Assembly (NCBI RefSeq): GCF_039541115.1
Contig: NZ_BAABFP010000004.1
Coordinates: forward strand, 186,001 to 250,000
Direction of reading: 5' to 3'
Length of the DNA stretch: 64,000 nt
DNA from: Angustibacter luteus
Lineage (GTDB): Bacteria; Actinomycetota; Actinomycetes; Actinomycetales; Angustibacteraceae
Below the pieces are notes generated by a model that had not been told where the DNA came from, did no database searches, and saw only the letters and a program-made list of their open reading frames with translations. How positions within the stretch are numbered: position 1 is the first letter of the stretch; each line of letters opens with the position of its first letter. The position numbers were made by a program, and so were the translations under genes. This document shows, piece after piece, positions 50,661 to 62,553 of the stretch.

Positions 50661-51216
50661 ACTGCTCTCTCGTCACAGGGCAAATATCACGCTCTGTAGG
50701 GGTTTGCCCCGTTGTTGCTCCGTTCGAGTGGAGCACCAGGTGTCCGTTTCTTCCCGAATTGGTGGCCCTCCCTCCACAGGATGTGGGTAACTCTGTGGAT
50801 CTGTGGACATCGTGTGACGGGCGTCACAATCGGGGCAGGACGACGTGCGCCGCCGTCGTGGACGCAGCCGTGGATATCCACGGGACAACCTGTGGACGAC
50901 GTGACGTCGGCCGTGGGCAACGAGAAGTTGTCCACGGACGTCCACGGGACCCGGCGCCGCGTTCCACACCTCGTCAACAGGCTGAAAAGTGGGCTGACCT
51001 GCAAGAAGGGCCGTCTTCCACAGGATCCACAAGTGCTAAGACTATGAAGAGAGATACCTACTGGAGAGATCCTCCACGAACGACCACTGAGGGCCGATTC
51101 TGGGGACAACTCCACCGGAGCAGCCCTCGTGGTGTCGCGTGTCGGCTCTGCCGGATAGGGTCAGGCCACTCGTCGGTCGAGGTGACCGCAGCTGGGCAGG
51201 AGAGGGACGGTGGCCG
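50661..51216. other. oriC (dnaA-dnaN intergenic region)
   Basis: More than 12 DnaA-box-like 9-mers (e.g. TGTGGGTAA 50782, TGTGGACAT 50802, TGTGGACGA 50891, TTGTCCACG 50928, TCTTCCACA 51014, GGATCCACA 51023), then an AT-richer trio tract at 51037-51051. Confidence 0.93.
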
Positions 51217-52350
51217 GTGAAGTTCCGCGTGGAGCGTGACGTTCTCGCCGAGGCAGTGACGTGGGCGGCGCGTGGGCTGCCGACCCGCCCGCCCGTGCCG
51301 GTCCTGGCCGGGGTGCTGCTCGAGGCCAAGGACGACGGGACCCTGACGCTCTCGGCGTTCGACTACGAGGTCAGCGCACGGGTCACCGTGGCGGCCGAGG
51401 TCAGCGAGTCCGGGACGGTGCTGGTCTCCGGCCGGCTGCTCGCGGACATCTCGCGCAACCTGCCGGCCCGCCCGGTCGACGTCGTGACCCAGGACTCCAA
51501 GGTCTCGGTGACCTGTGGGTCGTCGCGGTTCACGCTGCTGACGATGCCCGTCGAGGACTACCCGACGCTGCCGAGCATGCCGCAGTCCGCCGGCACCGTG
51601 GCGGGCGACGTCTTCACCACCGCGGTCAGCCAGGTCACCACCGCGGCCGGCCGCGACGACACCCTGCCGATCCTGACCGGCGTCCGGGTCGAGATCGAGG
51701 GCTCGCGGATCACGATGCTGGCCACCGACCGGTACCGGCTGGCCATGCGCACGCTGGACTGGGCGCCGGAGGGAACCGACGCGTCCACCGTCGCTCTCGT
51801 GCCCGCCCGCACGCTGGCGGACACGGCCCGGGCGCTCGGTGCCAGTGGCACGGTCGAGCTCGCGCTCGGCCGCACCGGATCGGGCGACGGTCTGATCGGG
51901 TTCGAGGCTGGGGCCCGCCGGACGACGTCCCGGCTGCTCGACGGCGAGTACCCGAAGGTCGCGTCGATCTTCCCGACCACCAGCGACGCCCGCGTGGTGA
52001 TCGAGACCGCGGTGCTGGTCGAGGCCGTCAAGCGCGTCGCCCTGGTCGCTGAGCGCAACACCCCGGTGCGGCTGAAGTTCAGCGCCGGCGCCGTGGTGAT
52101 CGAGGCGGGCCAGGGTGACGACGCCCAGGCGAGCGAGCAGCTCGACGCCCTGCTCGACGGTGACGACATCGAGATCGCGTTCAACCCGCAGTACCTGCTC
52201 GACGGGCTCGGCGCGCTGCACCACCCGTACGCGCGGTTGGCGTTCACCCAGTCGACCAAGCCGGCTCTGCTCACGGGGCAGGCCGAGCCGGACGGCGAGT
52301 CGGACGACAGCTTCCAGTACGTGCTCATGCCTGTCCGGCTGGCCGGCTGA
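51217..52350 (+). CDS. dnaN: DNA polymerase III beta clamp
   Basis: KFRVERDVLAEAV, FDYEVS, DDTLPILTGV, ATDRYRLA, IAFNPQYLLDGL, YVLMPVR. Confidence 0.97.
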   Translation: MKFRVERDVLAEAVTWAARGLPTRPPVPVLAGVLLEAKDDGTLTLSAFDYEVSARVTVAAEVSESGTVLVSGRLLADISRNLPARPVDVVTQDSKVSVTCGSSRFTLLTMPVEDYPTLPSMPQSAGTVAGDVFTTAVSQVTTAAGRDDTLPILTGVRVEIEGSRITMLATDRYRLAMRTLDWAPEGTDASTVALVPARTLADTARALGASGTVELALGRTGSGDGLIGFEAGARRTTSRLLDGEYPKVASIFPTTSDARVVIETAVLVEAVKRVALVAERNTPVRLKFSAGAVVIEAGQGDDAQASEQLDALLDGDDIEIAFNPQYLLDGLGALHHPYARLAFTQSTKPALLTGQAEPDGESDDSFQYVLMPVRLAG

Positions 52351-52434
52351 CCTCACCCCCGTGCGGCACGGTCCGCACGGACGCGGCAGGCTGACCTCCG
52401 AAGCGAACGTCCTGATGAGAGCGAGGGGTCGCAC

Positions 52435-53364
52435 ATGAAGATCGGGTTGATCGGCCTGGGCAAGATGGGCGGCAACATGCGGACCCGCCTGCGAGCCGCC
52501 GGCCACGAGGTCGTCGGGTACGACCGCAACGCCGACATCAGCGACGCGACCTCGCTCGAGGCGATGGTCGGTGAGCTCGAGGCACCCCGGGTGGTCTGGG
52601 TGATGGTGCCGGCCGGCGAGCCGACCCGGCAGACGGTGGAGCAGCTCGGCGAGCTGCTGTCCGAGGGCGACCTCGTCATCGACGGCGGCAACTCGAAGTG
52701 GCTGGACGACGCCAAGAACGCCGCCCACCTGCACGAGCGCAACATCGGCTTCGTGGACTGCGGTGTGTCCGGCGGCATCTGGGGCGCCGAGCTCGGCTAC
52801 GGGCTGATGTGCGGCGGCACCGCGGACAACGTCGCGATCGCCATGCCGATCTTCGACGCGCTGCGGCCCGAGGGTCCGCGCGAGGAGGGCTTCGTGCACG
52901 CCGGCGAGGTCGGTGCCGGGCACTACACGAAGATGGTGCACAACGGCATCGAGTACGGCCTGATGCAGGCCTACGCCGAGGGCTACGAGCTGCTGCTCAA
53001 GAAGGACCTCGTCACCGACGTGCCCGGCGCCTTCAAGGCGTGGAGCCGCGGCACCGTCGTCCGGTCCTGGCTGCTCGACCTGATGGTGCGCGCGCTCGAG
53101 CAGGACCCTGAGCTCGACGAGATCCGCGGCTACGTGGACGACACCGGCGAGGGCCGCTGGACCGTGCAGGAGGGCGTCGAGAACGCCGTCCCGATGCCCG
53201 TCATTTCGGGGGCGCTGTTCGCTCGCTTCGTCTCGCGCCAGGACGACTCCCCCGCGATGAAGGCCGTCGCCGCGCTGCGCAACCAGTTCGGTGGCCACGC
53301 GGTGAAGGCCGTCGAGGTCGGTCCGTCCGCCCCCGGCTCGCCGTCGTCCGCCGAAACGCCCTGA
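52435..53364 (+). CDS. gnd: 6-phosphogluconate dehydrogenase (short, NAD-type)
   Basis: [48 protein letters not shown]. Confidence 0.92.
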   Translation: MKIGLIGLGKMGGNMRTRLRAAGHEVVGYDRNADISDATSLEAMVGELEAPRVVWVMVPAGEPTRQTVEQLGELLSEGDLVIDGGNSKWLDDAKNAAHLHERNIGFVDCGVSGGIWGAELGYGLMCGGTADNVAIAMPIFDALRPEGPREEGFVHAGEVGAGHYTKMVHNGIEYGLMQAYAEGYELLLKKDLVTDVPGAFKAWSRGTVVRSWLLDLMVRALEQDPELDEIRGYVDDTGEGRWTVQEGVENAVPMPVISGALFARFVSRQDDSPAMKAVAALRNQFGGHAVKAVEVGPSAPGSPSSAETP

Positions 53365-53374
53365 CCGCGCGCAC

Positions 53375-54523
53375 GTGTACGTCGCCCACCTGTCGCTGAC
53401 CGACTTCCGCAGCTACCCCGCCGCCGAGCTGCCGCTCGACGCGGGCGTCACGGCGCTGGTCGGTCCCAACGGGCAGGGCAAGACCAACCTCGTCGAGGCC
53501 ATCGGCTACGTCGCGACCCTGGGCAGCCACCGGGTCGCCAACGACGCGCCGCTGGTCCGGTTCGGCGCGGAGCGGGCGATCGTGCGTGCCTCCGTCGTCC
53601 GGGACGACCGGCCGACCCTGATCGAGCTCGAGCTCACCCCCGGCCGGGCCAACCGGGCGCGGATCAACCGTGGCCCGGTGCCGCGTCCGCGCGAGGTACT
53701 CGGCCTGCTGCGCACGGTCCTCTTCGCGCCCGAGGACCTCGCGCTCGTCAAGGGCGACCCCGGCGAGCGCCGCCGGTTCATGGACGACCTGCTGGTGGCT
53801 CGGGCGCCGCGGTTCGCCGGCGTGCGGCAGGACTACGAGCGGGTGGTCAAGCAGCGCAGCGCCCTGCTGAAGTCGGCCGGCGCCGCGATCCGGCGTGGCC
53901 AGGGCGACGTGCGCACCCTCGACGTGTGGGACCAGCACCTGGCCACCGCGGGCGCCGAGCTCCTCGCCGGCCGGCTCCGGCTGCTCGGCGAGCTGGGTCA
54001 GCCGGTGCGGACGGCGTACGAGCAGGTCAGCAACGGGCAGGGCGAGGCGACGTTCACCTACAAGTCCTCGCTGGGTGACGAGCTGGTCGACGAGGTCGCG
54101 GATGCGCCGGCCGGCGGCCGGGAGTTGCTGCAGGCGCGGCTGCTCGAGCAGACCAGCCGGATGCGCAGCACCGAGCTCGAGCGCGGGGTGTGCCTGGTGG
54201 GCCCGCACCGCGACGACCTCGTGCTCCAGCTGGGGCCGATGCCGGCGAAGGGGTACGCCAGCCACGGGGAGTCGTGGTCCTACGCGCTCGCGCTGCGGCT
54301 CGCGTCGTACGAGCTGCTGCGGCACGAGGGCGGCGGTGACCCGGTGCTCGTGCTGGACGACGTGTTCGCCGAGCTCGACACCGGCCGCCGCGAGCGGCTG
54401 GCCGAGCTGGTCGCCGACGCCGAGCAGGTGCTGGTCACCGCGGCGGTGCCCGGCGACGTCCCGGAGGCGCTGCAGGGTGCCCGGGTGGATGTGATGGGCG
54501 GCGAGGTCACTCGTGTCCGGTGA
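53375..54523 (+). CDS. recF: DNA replication/repair protein RecF
   Basis: [46 protein letters not shown]. Confidence 0.97.
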   Translation: MYVAHLSLTDFRSYPAAELPLDAGVTALVGPNGQGKTNLVEAIGYVATLGSHRVANDAPLVRFGAERAIVRASVVRDDRPTLIELELTPGRANRARINRGPVPRPREVLGLLRTVLFAPEDLALVKGDPGERRRFMDDLLVARAPRFAGVRQDYERVVKQRSALLKSAGAAIRRGQGDVRTLDVWDQHLATAGAELLAGRLRLLGELGQPVRTAYEQVSNGQGEATFTYKSSLGDELVDEVADAPAGGRELLQARLLEQTSRMRSTELERGVCLVGPHRDDLVLQLGPMPAKGYASHGESWSYALALRLASYELLRHEGGGDPVLVLDDVFAELDTGRRERLAELVADAEQVLVTAAVPGDVPEALQGARVDVMGGEVTRVR

Positions 54524-55100
54524 CCGCCCTGATGCCGATGGCCCGGACGACGCGAGCCCGGCGGACGACGTCCCGGAGCAGCTCTCGGTGGAGGACGAGC
54601 TCGAGCGCGCGATGGACGCCGCCCGTGAGGCACTGGCCCGGGCCAAGGCCGGCGCGGCCGCGCGCGGACTGCGGCCCGGCGCTCCCGGCCGGGTGCGCCG
54701 CAAGCGGGTCGCCGGTGAGGCGCGCAGCTCGGCGGGCGCCGACGAGCGCGACCCGCAGTCGTTCGGCACCGGGATGGAGCGGCTGGTCGCGGACCGGGGC
54801 TGGAACGTGGACGTCGCGGTCGGCGGGGTGATGGGCCGCTGGTCCCGCGTGGTGGGCGACCAGGTGGCCGAGCACTGCACGCCGGAGTCGTTCAACGAAG
54901 GCGTGCTGGTGGTCCGGGCGGACTCCACGGTGTGGGCCACGCAGGTCCGGCTGCTGCTGCCGACGGTGCAGCGGCGCCTGGCGGAGGAGCTCGGCGAGGG
55001 GGTCGTGGAGCAGATCCGGGTGCTCGGGCCGACGTCCCCGACCTGGCGCAAGGGCGCCCGCACGGTGCGCGGCCGGGGGCCGCGCGACACCTACGGGTGA
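54513..55100 (+). CDS. DciA/DUF721 helicase-operator protein
   Basis: [37 protein letters not shown]. Confidence 0.9.
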   Translation: MSGDRPDADGPDDASPADDVPEQLSVEDELERAMDAAREALARAKAGAAARGLRPGAPGRVRRKRVAGEARSSAGADERDPQSFGTGMERLVADRGWNVDVAVGGVMGRWSRVVGDQVAEHCTPESFNEGVLVVRADSTVWATQVRLLLPTVQRRLAEELGEGVVEQIRVLGPTSPTWRKGARTVRGRGPRDTYG

Positions 55101-55104
55101 CCGA

Positions 55105-55149
55105 TTCGCCACAGGTGATCCACAATGCTTGTCCACATCCTGTGGACAG
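55105..55149. promoter_or_regulatory. DnaA-box cluster between dciA and gyrB
   Basis: TTCGCCACA 55105, TGATCCACA 55116, perfect TTGTCCACA 55129, TGTGGACAG 55141. Confidence 0.75.
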
Positions 55150-55408
55150 CGAATTTTGCGCCGGCGCTGCGCGCCGGGACTGCGGGGCCACGACCGGCCA
55201 CGAGCGCGTGTGAGGGCCCGGTTGTCGAGGGGGGAGTCATCTGCCCCCGTGCGGGACTGTCCTAGGAGGCATCAGGCGCCCACAAACACGCGCTCCATCG
55301 TGGTGCTCGGGCCCCGTTCAGGTAGACTGATACAGATCCACGCTGAGTCCGACCGAGCCCTTCCCTGTGCTCACACCAGGTCGGCAGACCACAAGGAGCC
55401 CCGCCCTC

Positions 55409-57520
55409 GTGACGGATGCCACGCCAGAGCCCGCCGCCGCCCAGCAGCCGGATGCCGAGCAGTCCGCCACGATCGACCGGGATGAGCTCGTCCCCCTGGA
55501 CACCGAGCGGGCTGCCCCCAGCCTCGCCGAGTCCGGCGGCACGTACGACGCCAGCGCGATCACCGTGCTCGAGGGTCTCGAGGCGGTCCGCAAGCGGCCC
55601 GGCATGTACATCGGCTCAACCGGTCCGCGCGGTCTCCACCACCTCGTCACCGAGGTGGTGGACAACTCTGTGGACGAGGCGCTCGCGGGCTACGCGACGC
55701 GGATCGACATCACCCTGCAGGCCGACGGCAGCGTCAAGGTCGTGGACGACGGCCGCGGCATCCCGACCGACATCATGCCGGGCGAGGGGCGCCCGGCCGT
55801 CGAGGTCGTGCTGACCGTGCTGCACGCCGGTGGCAAGTTCGGCGGCAGCGGCTACTCGGTCTCCGGTGGGCTGCACGGCGTCGGCATCTCCGTCGTCAAC
55901 GCGCTGTCCACCCGGCTGGAGGTCGAGGTCGCCCAGCTCGGGCACGTGTTCCGGCAGACCTACGTGGACGGCGTCCCGCAGGAGCCGCTCGCGAAGGGCG
56001 AGGCGACGGACCGCACCGGCACCACGGTGACGTTCTACCCGAATGCCGAGATCTTCGAGACGGTCGAGTTCGACTACGAGACGCTGCGCGCCCGCTTCCA
56101 GCAGTACGCGTTCCTCAACAAGGGCCTGACCCTCACGCTGACCGACGAGCGTCCCGAGCACGAGGACGAGGCGGCCGACCAGCTGGACGACGGCACCGAG
56201 CACGAGAAGGCCGCGCCCCGGCACGTCGAGTACCGCTACGACGAGGGCCTGGTCGACTACGTCAAGCACCTCAACGCGAGCAAGCGCGCGGACGTCGTGC
56301 ACCCCGACGTCATCGACTTCGAGTCCGAGGACGTCGAGCGCCGGCTGTCCGTCGAGATCGCGATGCAGTGGACGAACGCGTACTCCGACAGCGTGCACAC
56401 CTACGCGAACACGATCAACACGCACGAGGGCGGCACCCACGAAGAGGGCTTCCGCGCGGCCCTGACCAGCCTGATCAACCGGTACGCCCGCGAGAAGGGC
56501 CACCTGAAGGAGAAGGACGACAACCTCTCCGGCGAGGACATCCGCGAGGGCCTGACCGCGGTGGTCTCGATCAAGCTCGGCGAGCCGCAGTTCGAGGGAC
56601 AGACGAAGACCAAGCTCGGCAACACCGAGGCCAAGGGTTTCGTGCAGCGCATCGTCACCGACTCGCTCGGCGACTGGCTGGAGCGCCACCCCGGCGAGGC
56701 CCGCGAGATCATCCGCAAGTCGGTGCAGGCGGCAGCCGCGCGGGTAGCGGCCCGCAAGGCGCGCGATGCGACCCGGCGCAAGGGCTTGCTCGAGTCGAGC
56801 TCGCTGCCCGGCAAGCTGAGCGACTGCCAGTCCAACGACCCGAGCAAGTGCGAGATCTTCATCGTCGAGGGTGACTCCGCCGGCGGCTCGGCCAAGGGTG
56901 GTCGCGACCCGATGACCCAGGCCATCCTGCCGATCCGCGGCAAGATCCTGAACGTCGAGAAGGCCCGCATCGACCGGGTCATGGCGAACACCGAGGTGCA
57001 GGCCCTGATCTCCGCGTTCGGCGCGGGCATCGGCGACGACTTCGACGCCGAGAAGCTCAGGTACCACAAGATCGTGCTGATGGCCGACGCCGACGTCGAC
57101 GGCCAGCACATCCGCACGCTGCTGCTGACGCTGCTGTTCCGGTTCATGCGTCCGCTGATCGACGGTGGTTTCGTCTACCTCGCACAGCCGCCGCTGTACC
57201 GGCTGAAGTGGAGCCAGGGCGTGCACGACTTCGTGTACTCCGACCGCGAGCGCGACGCCGTGATCAAGGCGGGGCTCGAGGCCGGGCGCAAGCTGCCGAA
57301 GGACAACGGCGTGCAGCGCTACAAGGGTCTGGGTGAGATGAACGCCCACGAGCTGTGGGAGACCACCATGGACCCGGACCACCGCGTGCTCCTGCAGGTG
57401 ACGATGGAGAACGCCGCCGAGGCCGAGCAGATCTTCGCCGAGCTCATGGGCGAGGACGTCGAGCCGCGCCGGTTGTTCATCCAGCGCAACGCCAAGGACG
57501 TGCGCTTCCTCGACATCTAG
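55409..57520 (+). CDS. gyrB: DNA gyrase subunit B
   Basis: [61 protein letters not shown] before GTG 55409. Confidence 0.97.
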   Translation: MTDATPEPAAAQQPDAEQSATIDRDELVPLDTERAAPSLAESGGTYDASAITVLEGLEAVRKRPGMYIGSTGPRGLHHLVTEVVDNSVDEALAGYATRIDITLQADGSVKVVDDGRGIPTDIMPGEGRPAVEVVLTVLHAGGKFGGSGYSVSGGLHGVGISVVNALSTRLEVEVAQLGHVFRQTYVDGVPQEPLAKGEATDRTGTTVTFYPNAEIFETVEFDYETLRARFQQYAFLNKGLTLTLTDERPEHEDEAADQLDDGTEHEKAAPRHVEYRYDEGLVDYVKHLNASKRADVVHPDVIDFESEDVERRLSVEIAMQWTNAYSDSVHTYANTINTHEGGTHEEGFRAALTSLINRYAREKGHLKEKDDNLSGEDIREGLTAVVSIKLGEPQFEGQTKTKLGNTEAKGFVQRIVTDSLGDWLERHPGEAREIIRKSVQAAAARVAARKARDATRRKGLLESSSLPGKLSDCQSNDPSKCEIFIVEGDSAGGSAKGGRDPMTQAILPIRGKILNVEKARIDRVMANTEVQALISAFGAGIGDDFDAEKLRYHKIVLMADADVDGQHIRTLLLTLLFRFMRPLIDGGFVYLAQPPLYRLKWSQGVHDFVYSDRERDAVIKAGLEAGRKLPKDNGVQRYKGLGEMNAHELWETTMDPDHRVLLQVTMENAAEAEQIFAELMGEDVEPRRLFIQRNAKDVRFLDI

Positions 57521-57598
57521 ACCCGAGCGGCGGCTGGTCGACCCAGCCGCCGCCCGACGTCGTCCAGCTGAGTCCCACCCGATCTTCGAAGGACATCC

Positions 57599-60193
57599 GT
57601 GAGCGAGCAGCCCCCCAGCACCCCGGTCGATTCGCCGGCCCACGAGGTCGACCTGCGGGTCGAGATGCAGCGGTCCTACCTGGACTACGCGATGAGCGTC
57701 ATCGTGAGCCGGGCGCTGCCCGACGTCCGGGACGGGCTGAAGCCCGTGCACCGTCGCGTGCTGTACGCGATGTACGACGGGGGCTACCGGCCGGACCGCG
57801 GCTACAACAAGTGCAGCCGCGTCGTCGGTGACGTGATGGGTCAGTACCACCCGCACGGTGACTCCTCGATCTACGACACCTTGGTGCGGCTGGCCCAGCC
57901 GTGGTCGATGCGGTACCCGCTGGTCGACGGCCAGGGCAACTTCGGCTCGCCGGGCAACGACCCCGCCGCCGCCATGCGGTACACCGAGTGCCGGATGGCG
58001 CCGCTGGCGATGGAGATGGTGCGCGACATCGACGAGGAGACCGTCGACTTCTCGCCCAACTACGACGGCAAGACGCAGGAGCCGAACATCCTGCCGGCGC
58101 GGTTCCCGAACCTGCTGGTCAACGGCAGCAACGGGATCGCGGTCGGCATGGCCACGAACATCCCGCCGCACAACCTGCGCGAGGTCGCGTCCGGCGTCCA
58201 GTGGTTCCTGGAGAACCCCGAGGCCGACCGCGAGACGCTGCTGAACGAGCTGATGGCGCGGGTGACCGGCCCGGACTTCCCGACCGGCGCGCTGATCATG
58301 GGCAAGCGCGGCATCGAGGACGCGTACCGCACGGGCCGCGGCTCGATCACGATGCGCGCGATCGTCGTGGTGGAGGAGATCCAGAACCGGCAGTGCCTGG
58401 TCATCACCGACCTGCCGTACCAGGTGAACCCCGACAACCTCGCGCTGAAGATCGCCGAGCTGGTCAAGGACGGCAAGATCGGCGGGATCGCCGACGTGCG
58501 CGACGAGTCGTCGTCCCGCACCGGCCAGCGGCTGGTCATCGTGCTGCGCCGCGACGCCGTCGCGAAGGTCGTGCTCAACAACCTCTACAAGCACACCCAG
58601 CTGCAGGACAACTTCAGCGCCAACATGCTCGCGCTGGTGGACGGCGTGCCGCGCACCCTGCCGCTGGACGGTTTCGTGCGGCACTGGGTGGACCACCAGA
58701 TCGAGGTCATCCAGCGCCGGACGCGCTACCGCCTGCGCAAGGCCGAGGAAGAGGCGCACATCCTGCGCGGCCTGCTCAAGGCGCTCGACGCCCTCGACGA
58801 GGTCATCGCGCTGATCCGCGCCTCGGCCACGGTCGAGGTGGCGCGCGACGGGCTGATGGAGCTGCTCGACATCGACGAGCTGCAGGCCCGCGCGATCCTC
58901 GACATGCAGCTGCGCCGGCTCGCCGCCCTGGAGCGGCAGAAGCTGATCGACCGCTTCGAGGAGCTGCAGGCCCTGATCGCCGAGTACAACGCGATCCTGG
59001 CCTCGCCGTCCCGGCAGCGCGAGATCGTCGGCGAGGAGCTCGGTGCGATCGTCGACAAGTTCGGTGACGAGCGCAAGACCGAGATCCGGCCGTTCGACGG
59101 CGACATGTCCATGGAGGACCTGATCGCCGAGGAGGACGTGGTCGTCACGATCACCCGCGGCGGCTACGCCAAGCGCACCCGGGTCGACCAGTACCGCTCG
59201 CAGCGGCGCGGCGGCAAGGGCGTGCGCGGTGCGACGCTGCGCGGCGACGACCTGGTGGAGCACTTCTTCACCACCACGACGCACCACTGGCTGCTGTTCT
59301 TCACCAACCTCGGCCGGGTCTACCGGGCGAAGGCGTACGAGCTGCCCGAGGGTGGGCGCGACGCCAAGGGTCAGCACGTGGCGAACCTGCTCGCGTTCCA
59401 GCCTGGCGAGCAGATCGCCCAGGTGCTGGACCTGCGGGACTACCAGGCCGAGCCGTACCTGGTCCTGGCCACGAAGGCCGGCCTGGTGAAGAAGACCCGG
59501 CTCACGGACTACGACTCCAACCGCAGCGGTGGGCTGATCGCGATCAACCTGCGCGAGAACGGTGTCGGGGACGACGGCGGTGCGGTCGGCGACGAGCTGG
59601 TGTCCGCGCGACTGGCGTCGGCGGACGACGACCTGCTGCTGGTCTCGCGCAAGGGCCAGTCCGTGCGGTTCAAGGCGGCGGACGACGCGCTGCGCCCGAT
59701 GGGCCGCGCGACGTCCGGTGTGACGGGCATGAAGTTCCGGGACGGTGACTTCCTGCTGGCCATGGACGTCGTGCACGACGACCAGGACCTCGACGTGTTC
59801 GTGGTGTTCGAGAACGGCCTCGCGAAGCGGACGCCGGTCGGCGAGTACCGCGTGCAGGGTCGCGGCGGGCTGGGGATCAAGGTCGCCAAGCTGTCCGACA
59901 AGGGCGGTGACCTGGTCGGTGCGCTGCTGGTCAGCGACGAGGACGAGGTGCTCGTCGTGATGGAGAAGGGCAAGATCGTCCGGTCGAAGGTGGACGGCGT
60001 CCGGTCGACCGGCCGGGACACCCAGGGTGTCCGGTTTGCCACCCCCGACAGTGGGGACTCGATCATCGGAATCGCGCGCTCGGTCGAGCGTGAGGTCGAA
60101 GATGGCGTACCGTCGGACGACGAAACGGTTGCATCCGCAGCCGACGAGTCGGTCGCCGGGGCGGCCGATGAGGACACCGGAGGCGAGCAGTGA
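57599..60193 (+). CDS. gyrA: DNA gyrase subunit A
   Basis: [38 protein letters not shown], GyrA-box QRRGGKG. Confidence 0.97.
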   Translation: MSEQPPSTPVDSPAHEVDLRVEMQRSYLDYAMSVIVSRALPDVRDGLKPVHRRVLYAMYDGGYRPDRGYNKCSRVVGDVMGQYHPHGDSSIYDTLVRLAQPWSMRYPLVDGQGNFGSPGNDPAAAMRYTECRMAPLAMEMVRDIDEETVDFSPNYDGKTQEPNILPARFPNLLVNGSNGIAVGMATNIPPHNLREVASGVQWFLENPEADRETLLNELMARVTGPDFPTGALIMGKRGIEDAYRTGRGSITMRAIVVVEEIQNRQCLVITDLPYQVNPDNLALKIAELVKDGKIGGIADVRDESSSRTGQRLVIVLRRDAVAKVVLNNLYKHTQLQDNFSANMLALVDGVPRTLPLDGFVRHWVDHQIEVIQRRTRYRLRKAEEEAHILRGLLKALDALDEVIALIRASATVEVARDGLMELLDIDELQARAILDMQLRRLAALERQKLIDRFEELQALIAEYNAILASPSRQREIVGEELGAIVDKFGDERKTEIRPFDGDMSMEDLIAEEDVVVTITRGGYAKRTRVDQYRSQRRGGKGVRGATLRGDDLVEHFFTTTTHHWLLFFTNLGRVYRAKAYELPEGGRDAKGQHVANLLAFQPGEQIAQVLDLRDYQAEPYLVLATKAGLVKKTRLTDYDSNRSGGLIAINLRENGVGDDGGAVGDELVSARLASADDDLLLVSRKGQSVRFKAADDALRPMGRATSGVTGMKFRDGDFLLAMDVVHDDQDLDVFVVFENGLAKRTPVGEYRVQGRGGLGIKVAKLSDKGGDLVGALLVSDEDEVLVVMEKGKIVRSKVDGVRSTGRDTQGVRFATPDSGDSIIGIARSVEREVEDGVPSDDETVASAADESVAGAADEDTGGEQ

Positions 60194-60696
60194 GTTCACC
60201 GGAGCAGGCTTACGGTGCGGGGACGCGTCCCTTCGCCGCTGGCGGGCAGACGGCAGCTGGCTCGACGTCGACGGCTGAGCGACCTGCGGTGCAGGCGCCG
60301 GCCGGCGCGGCCCGACCCGCTCCGCGGGGTCCGCGCAAGGTGCGGCTGACGCTGGCAAAGCTCGACCCGTGGTCGGTCATGAAGCTCGGCTTCCTGATCT
60401 CCGTGGCCATCGGCATCGCCTTCGTCGTGCTCGTCGCCGTGCTGTGGACGATCCTCGACTCGATGGGCGTCTTCAGCGACATCGACCGGACCGTCAGCAC
60501 CGTTCTCGGGTCGTCGTCCGGCACGACGTTCGACCTGATGGACTACGTCGGGTTCGGCCGGGTCATCTCGCTCGCGACCGTCATCGCCGTCATCGACGTG
60601 TTCCTGCTGACGGCGCTCGCGACCCTCTCGGCGTTCCTGTACAACGTCTGCTCGCAGCTCGTCGGCGGCGTGCAGATGACGCTCACCGACGACTGA
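60190..60696 (+). CDS. DUF3566 membrane protein
   Basis: [21 protein letters not shown]...LVGGVQMTL; conserved position after gyrA. Confidence 0.88.
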   Translation: MSSPEQAYGAGTRPFAAGGQTAAGSTSTAERPAVQAPAGAARPAPRGPRKVRLTLAKLDPWSVMKLGFLISVAIGIAFVVLVAVLWTILDSMGVFSDIDRTVSTVLGSSSGTTFDLMDYVGFGRVISLATVIAVIDVFLLTALATLSAFLYNVCSQLVGGVQMTLTDD

Positions 60697-60782
60697 GTTC
60701 GTGGCCGGCTTCGCCGGCTGATCCGATTTGGGCGCGGCGTGCTCGGCGGGGTACCCTCGTCCGGCGCACTGTTGTGTCGCTG

Positions 60783-60856
60783 GGGCCTATAGCTCAGTCG
60801 GTTAGAGCGCTTCCCTGATAAGGAAGAGGTCACTGGTTCGAGTCCAGTTAGGCCCA
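60783..60856 (+). tRNA. tRNA-Ile(GAT)
   Basis: GGGCCTA/TAGGCCC acceptor stem, anticodon loop CTGATAA, GGTTCGAGTCC T-arm; CCA not encoded. Confidence 0.96.
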
Positions 60857-60890
60857 CGTCTGTCTCGTTCTGCTGCTGCCGGAGGTTCGC

Positions 60891-61007
60891 GTGAAGAAGC
60901 TGCTTCTCCTGACGGCTGCCGCTGTCGGCGCGTTCGCCGTGTGGCGCAAGGTCGAGGCCGACAAGGCCGAGCAGAACCTCTGGGCAGAGGCGACCGACTC
61001 GGTCTGA
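60891..61007 (+). CDS. DLW-39-family small membrane protein (38 aa, absent from the ORF track)
   Basis: SD GGAGG; VKKLLLLTAAAVGAFAVWRKVEADKAEQNLWAEATDSV*; lies between tRNA-Ile and tRNA-Ala. Confidence 0.85.
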   Translation: MKKLLLLTAAAVGAFAVWRKVEADKAEQNLWAEATDSV

Positions 61008-61041
61008 CCCACCCTGCCGGGCCCGCCCGGTGGTGTTACCC

Positions 61042-61114
61042 GGGGCCATGGCGCAATTGGTAGCGCACCTGCTTTGCAAGCAGGGGGTTAGGGGTTCGAG
61101 TCCCCTTGGCTCCA
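61042..61114 (+). tRNA. tRNA-Ala(TGC)
   Basis: GGGGCCA/TGGCTCC stem with G3-U70, anticodon loop TTTGCAA, GGTTCGAGTCC. Confidence 0.96.
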
Positions 61115-61198
61115 CCCCTCGTGCAAACGATGGTCAACCCATGACTTCTTCAATTTGGTCATCCCCCGTGCTGATTGTGGACCGCGATCGGGATGGTG

Positions 61199-62422
61199 TT
61201 AGGCGTTGGCGGGCACGTCGATCGACCTCGAGTAGATCAGGAAGTTGTCGATATCTTTCTTCCTGATCATGACCTTGCCCTTGCGGGGCTTGCCGTCAGG
61301 TTGCTTGAAGTCCGTCTGGAAGTCCCCGAGGACGATGCCGACGTTGGCCTGATTGACTTCGAGGATCTTCACGCGGACGAATCGCACCGCCTCCTTGAAC
61401 CTCCCAGCGTAGGAGAGTGGGTCATAATCGCTGCCTCGCCCGACGTGCCCGACCGACCGGCGCCAATCGTTCCACGCGATCGTCGACATGTTGGCGTTGT
61501 CCCGCCCGTGCCATGTCTCGTGCTCGTAGATGACGTACCAAAAGCGCCCCGTCTCCGTGAGGCAGCGGTAGAAGTCAGCCGCATCGTTGCCGGGTGAGTC
61601 GTTGACAGCAACATTGGAGGCCTTGAGGTCGCCGTAGTGCTCGAGCATGCCGTGATTGAGAAACCGAAGGTCATAGTCGTACTCGCCCTTGCGTTTCTCC
61701 TTCTGGACCTCGACGTGGTCGCGCAGGTTGTGCTCGGAAAGGAAGCGGCTCAGTCGGAACTCGACGTAGAAGCCCGCCCACTCGTTCTGGAATTTGTCCC
61801 GCCAGTTTGCGGCGTGCATCTCCTGCGCCGCCGCCAGACCCTCGATCCTCGCCCCGTTCAGAAGCACATCGCTAAACCGGTCGAACACTTCGATATGCGG
61901 GTTCCTCTCCTTGTAGCCCGCCTGTATGTACGTCGCGAACTGGTCAGCACGCACGCTGGTGAGCCGGTTGCCGCTCTTGTCCTCGCGCGAGAACTGCCCG
62001 ACCGTCTGCGCCTGGTACAGGTCGTTCGACGAAACGTGGGCGGAGGAATTGTTCGCCTTGCGGGTGACGTACGTGTCAGGGTCGAAGTCGACGAGGATCG
62101 TGACAGGTCCGTAGTGGTAGATCCCGACGAACCGCACGGTCAATCCGTCCTCTTCTGCTCGGCTGTAGACGTCCAGCCAGGTCTTCGGGATCTGGATCCG
62201 CTTTTTGTACGCCGGCCAGGGAACGCCCAGGTAGGTGACCTGCTTGCTCAGGATGATTTGACCCTCGATGGACACGACCCAGACACCGGCGTACTTCTGG
62301 AGCGTCGCGCTAGGTAGCGCCGCGAGCAGGAGCTCGGCTCGACCGCGGCTGGAGAGGGTGGTGTCGACATCCTGAAGCAGGGCGCCACTCGGCCCGATCT
62401 GATCGACAACGACGTTTCCCAC
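61199..62422 (-). CDS. Putative type II restriction endonuclease, AluI-like (PD-(D/E)xK fold)
   Basis: EWAGFYVE..YDYDL..YGDLKASN..SPGND nuclease-like core; N-terminal KQVTYLG..KKRIQIP; directly downstream of a C5 MTase; lower GC; resembles R.AluI from memory. Confidence 0.7.
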   Translation of the reverse strand: MGNVVVDQIGPSGALLQDVDTTLSSRGRAELLLAALPSATLQKYAGVWVVSIEGQIILSKQVTYLGVPWPAYKKRIQIPKTWLDVYSRAEEDGLTVRFVGIYHYGPVTILVDFDPDTYVTRKANNSSAHVSSNDLYQAQTVGQFSREDKSGNRLTSVRADQFATYIQAGYKERNPHIEVFDRFSDVLLNGARIEGLAAAQEMHAANWRDKFQNEWAGFYVEFRLSRFLSEHNLRDHVEVQKEKRKGEYDYDLRFLNHGMLEHYGDLKASNVAVNDSPGNDAADFYRCLTETGRFWYVIYEHETWHGRDNANMSTIAWNDWRRSVGHVGRGSDYDPLSYAGRFKEAVRFVRVKILEVNQANVGIVLGDFQTDFKQPDGKPRKGKVMIRKKDIDNFLIYSRSIDVPANA

Positions 62423-62553
62423 GCCACCATTGGTATCAGCCGGTGTCCCTAGGGTCGAGCGAGCGCAATGCCCTAGCCCATTCGGCGGATGGGGCCCAAA
62501 GGGCGCGTCTTGGCTGGCAGCCTCAGGGCACGGCTGCTCTGGGTGGGAGGGGC

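Noticed and set aside
52435..53364. gnd between dnaN and recF as a novel insertion
   Set aside because: This arrangement is common in actinobacteria such as Streptomyces
57527..57553. Hairpin GCGGCGGCTGG/CCAGCCGCCGC between gyrB and gyrA as a terminator or ncRNA
   Set aside because: No U-tract and it lies within a probable operon; at most an mRNA-stability element
55616..60358. 1580-aa minus-strand ORF opposite gyrB and gyrA
   Set aside because: Antisense shadow of highly GC3-biased genes, where stops are rare on the reverse frame; no recognisable domain
61115..61198. att site or integrase remnant after tRNA-Ala
   Set aside because: AT-richer sequence, but no duplicate of the tRNA 3' end and no integrase ORF is visible within the window
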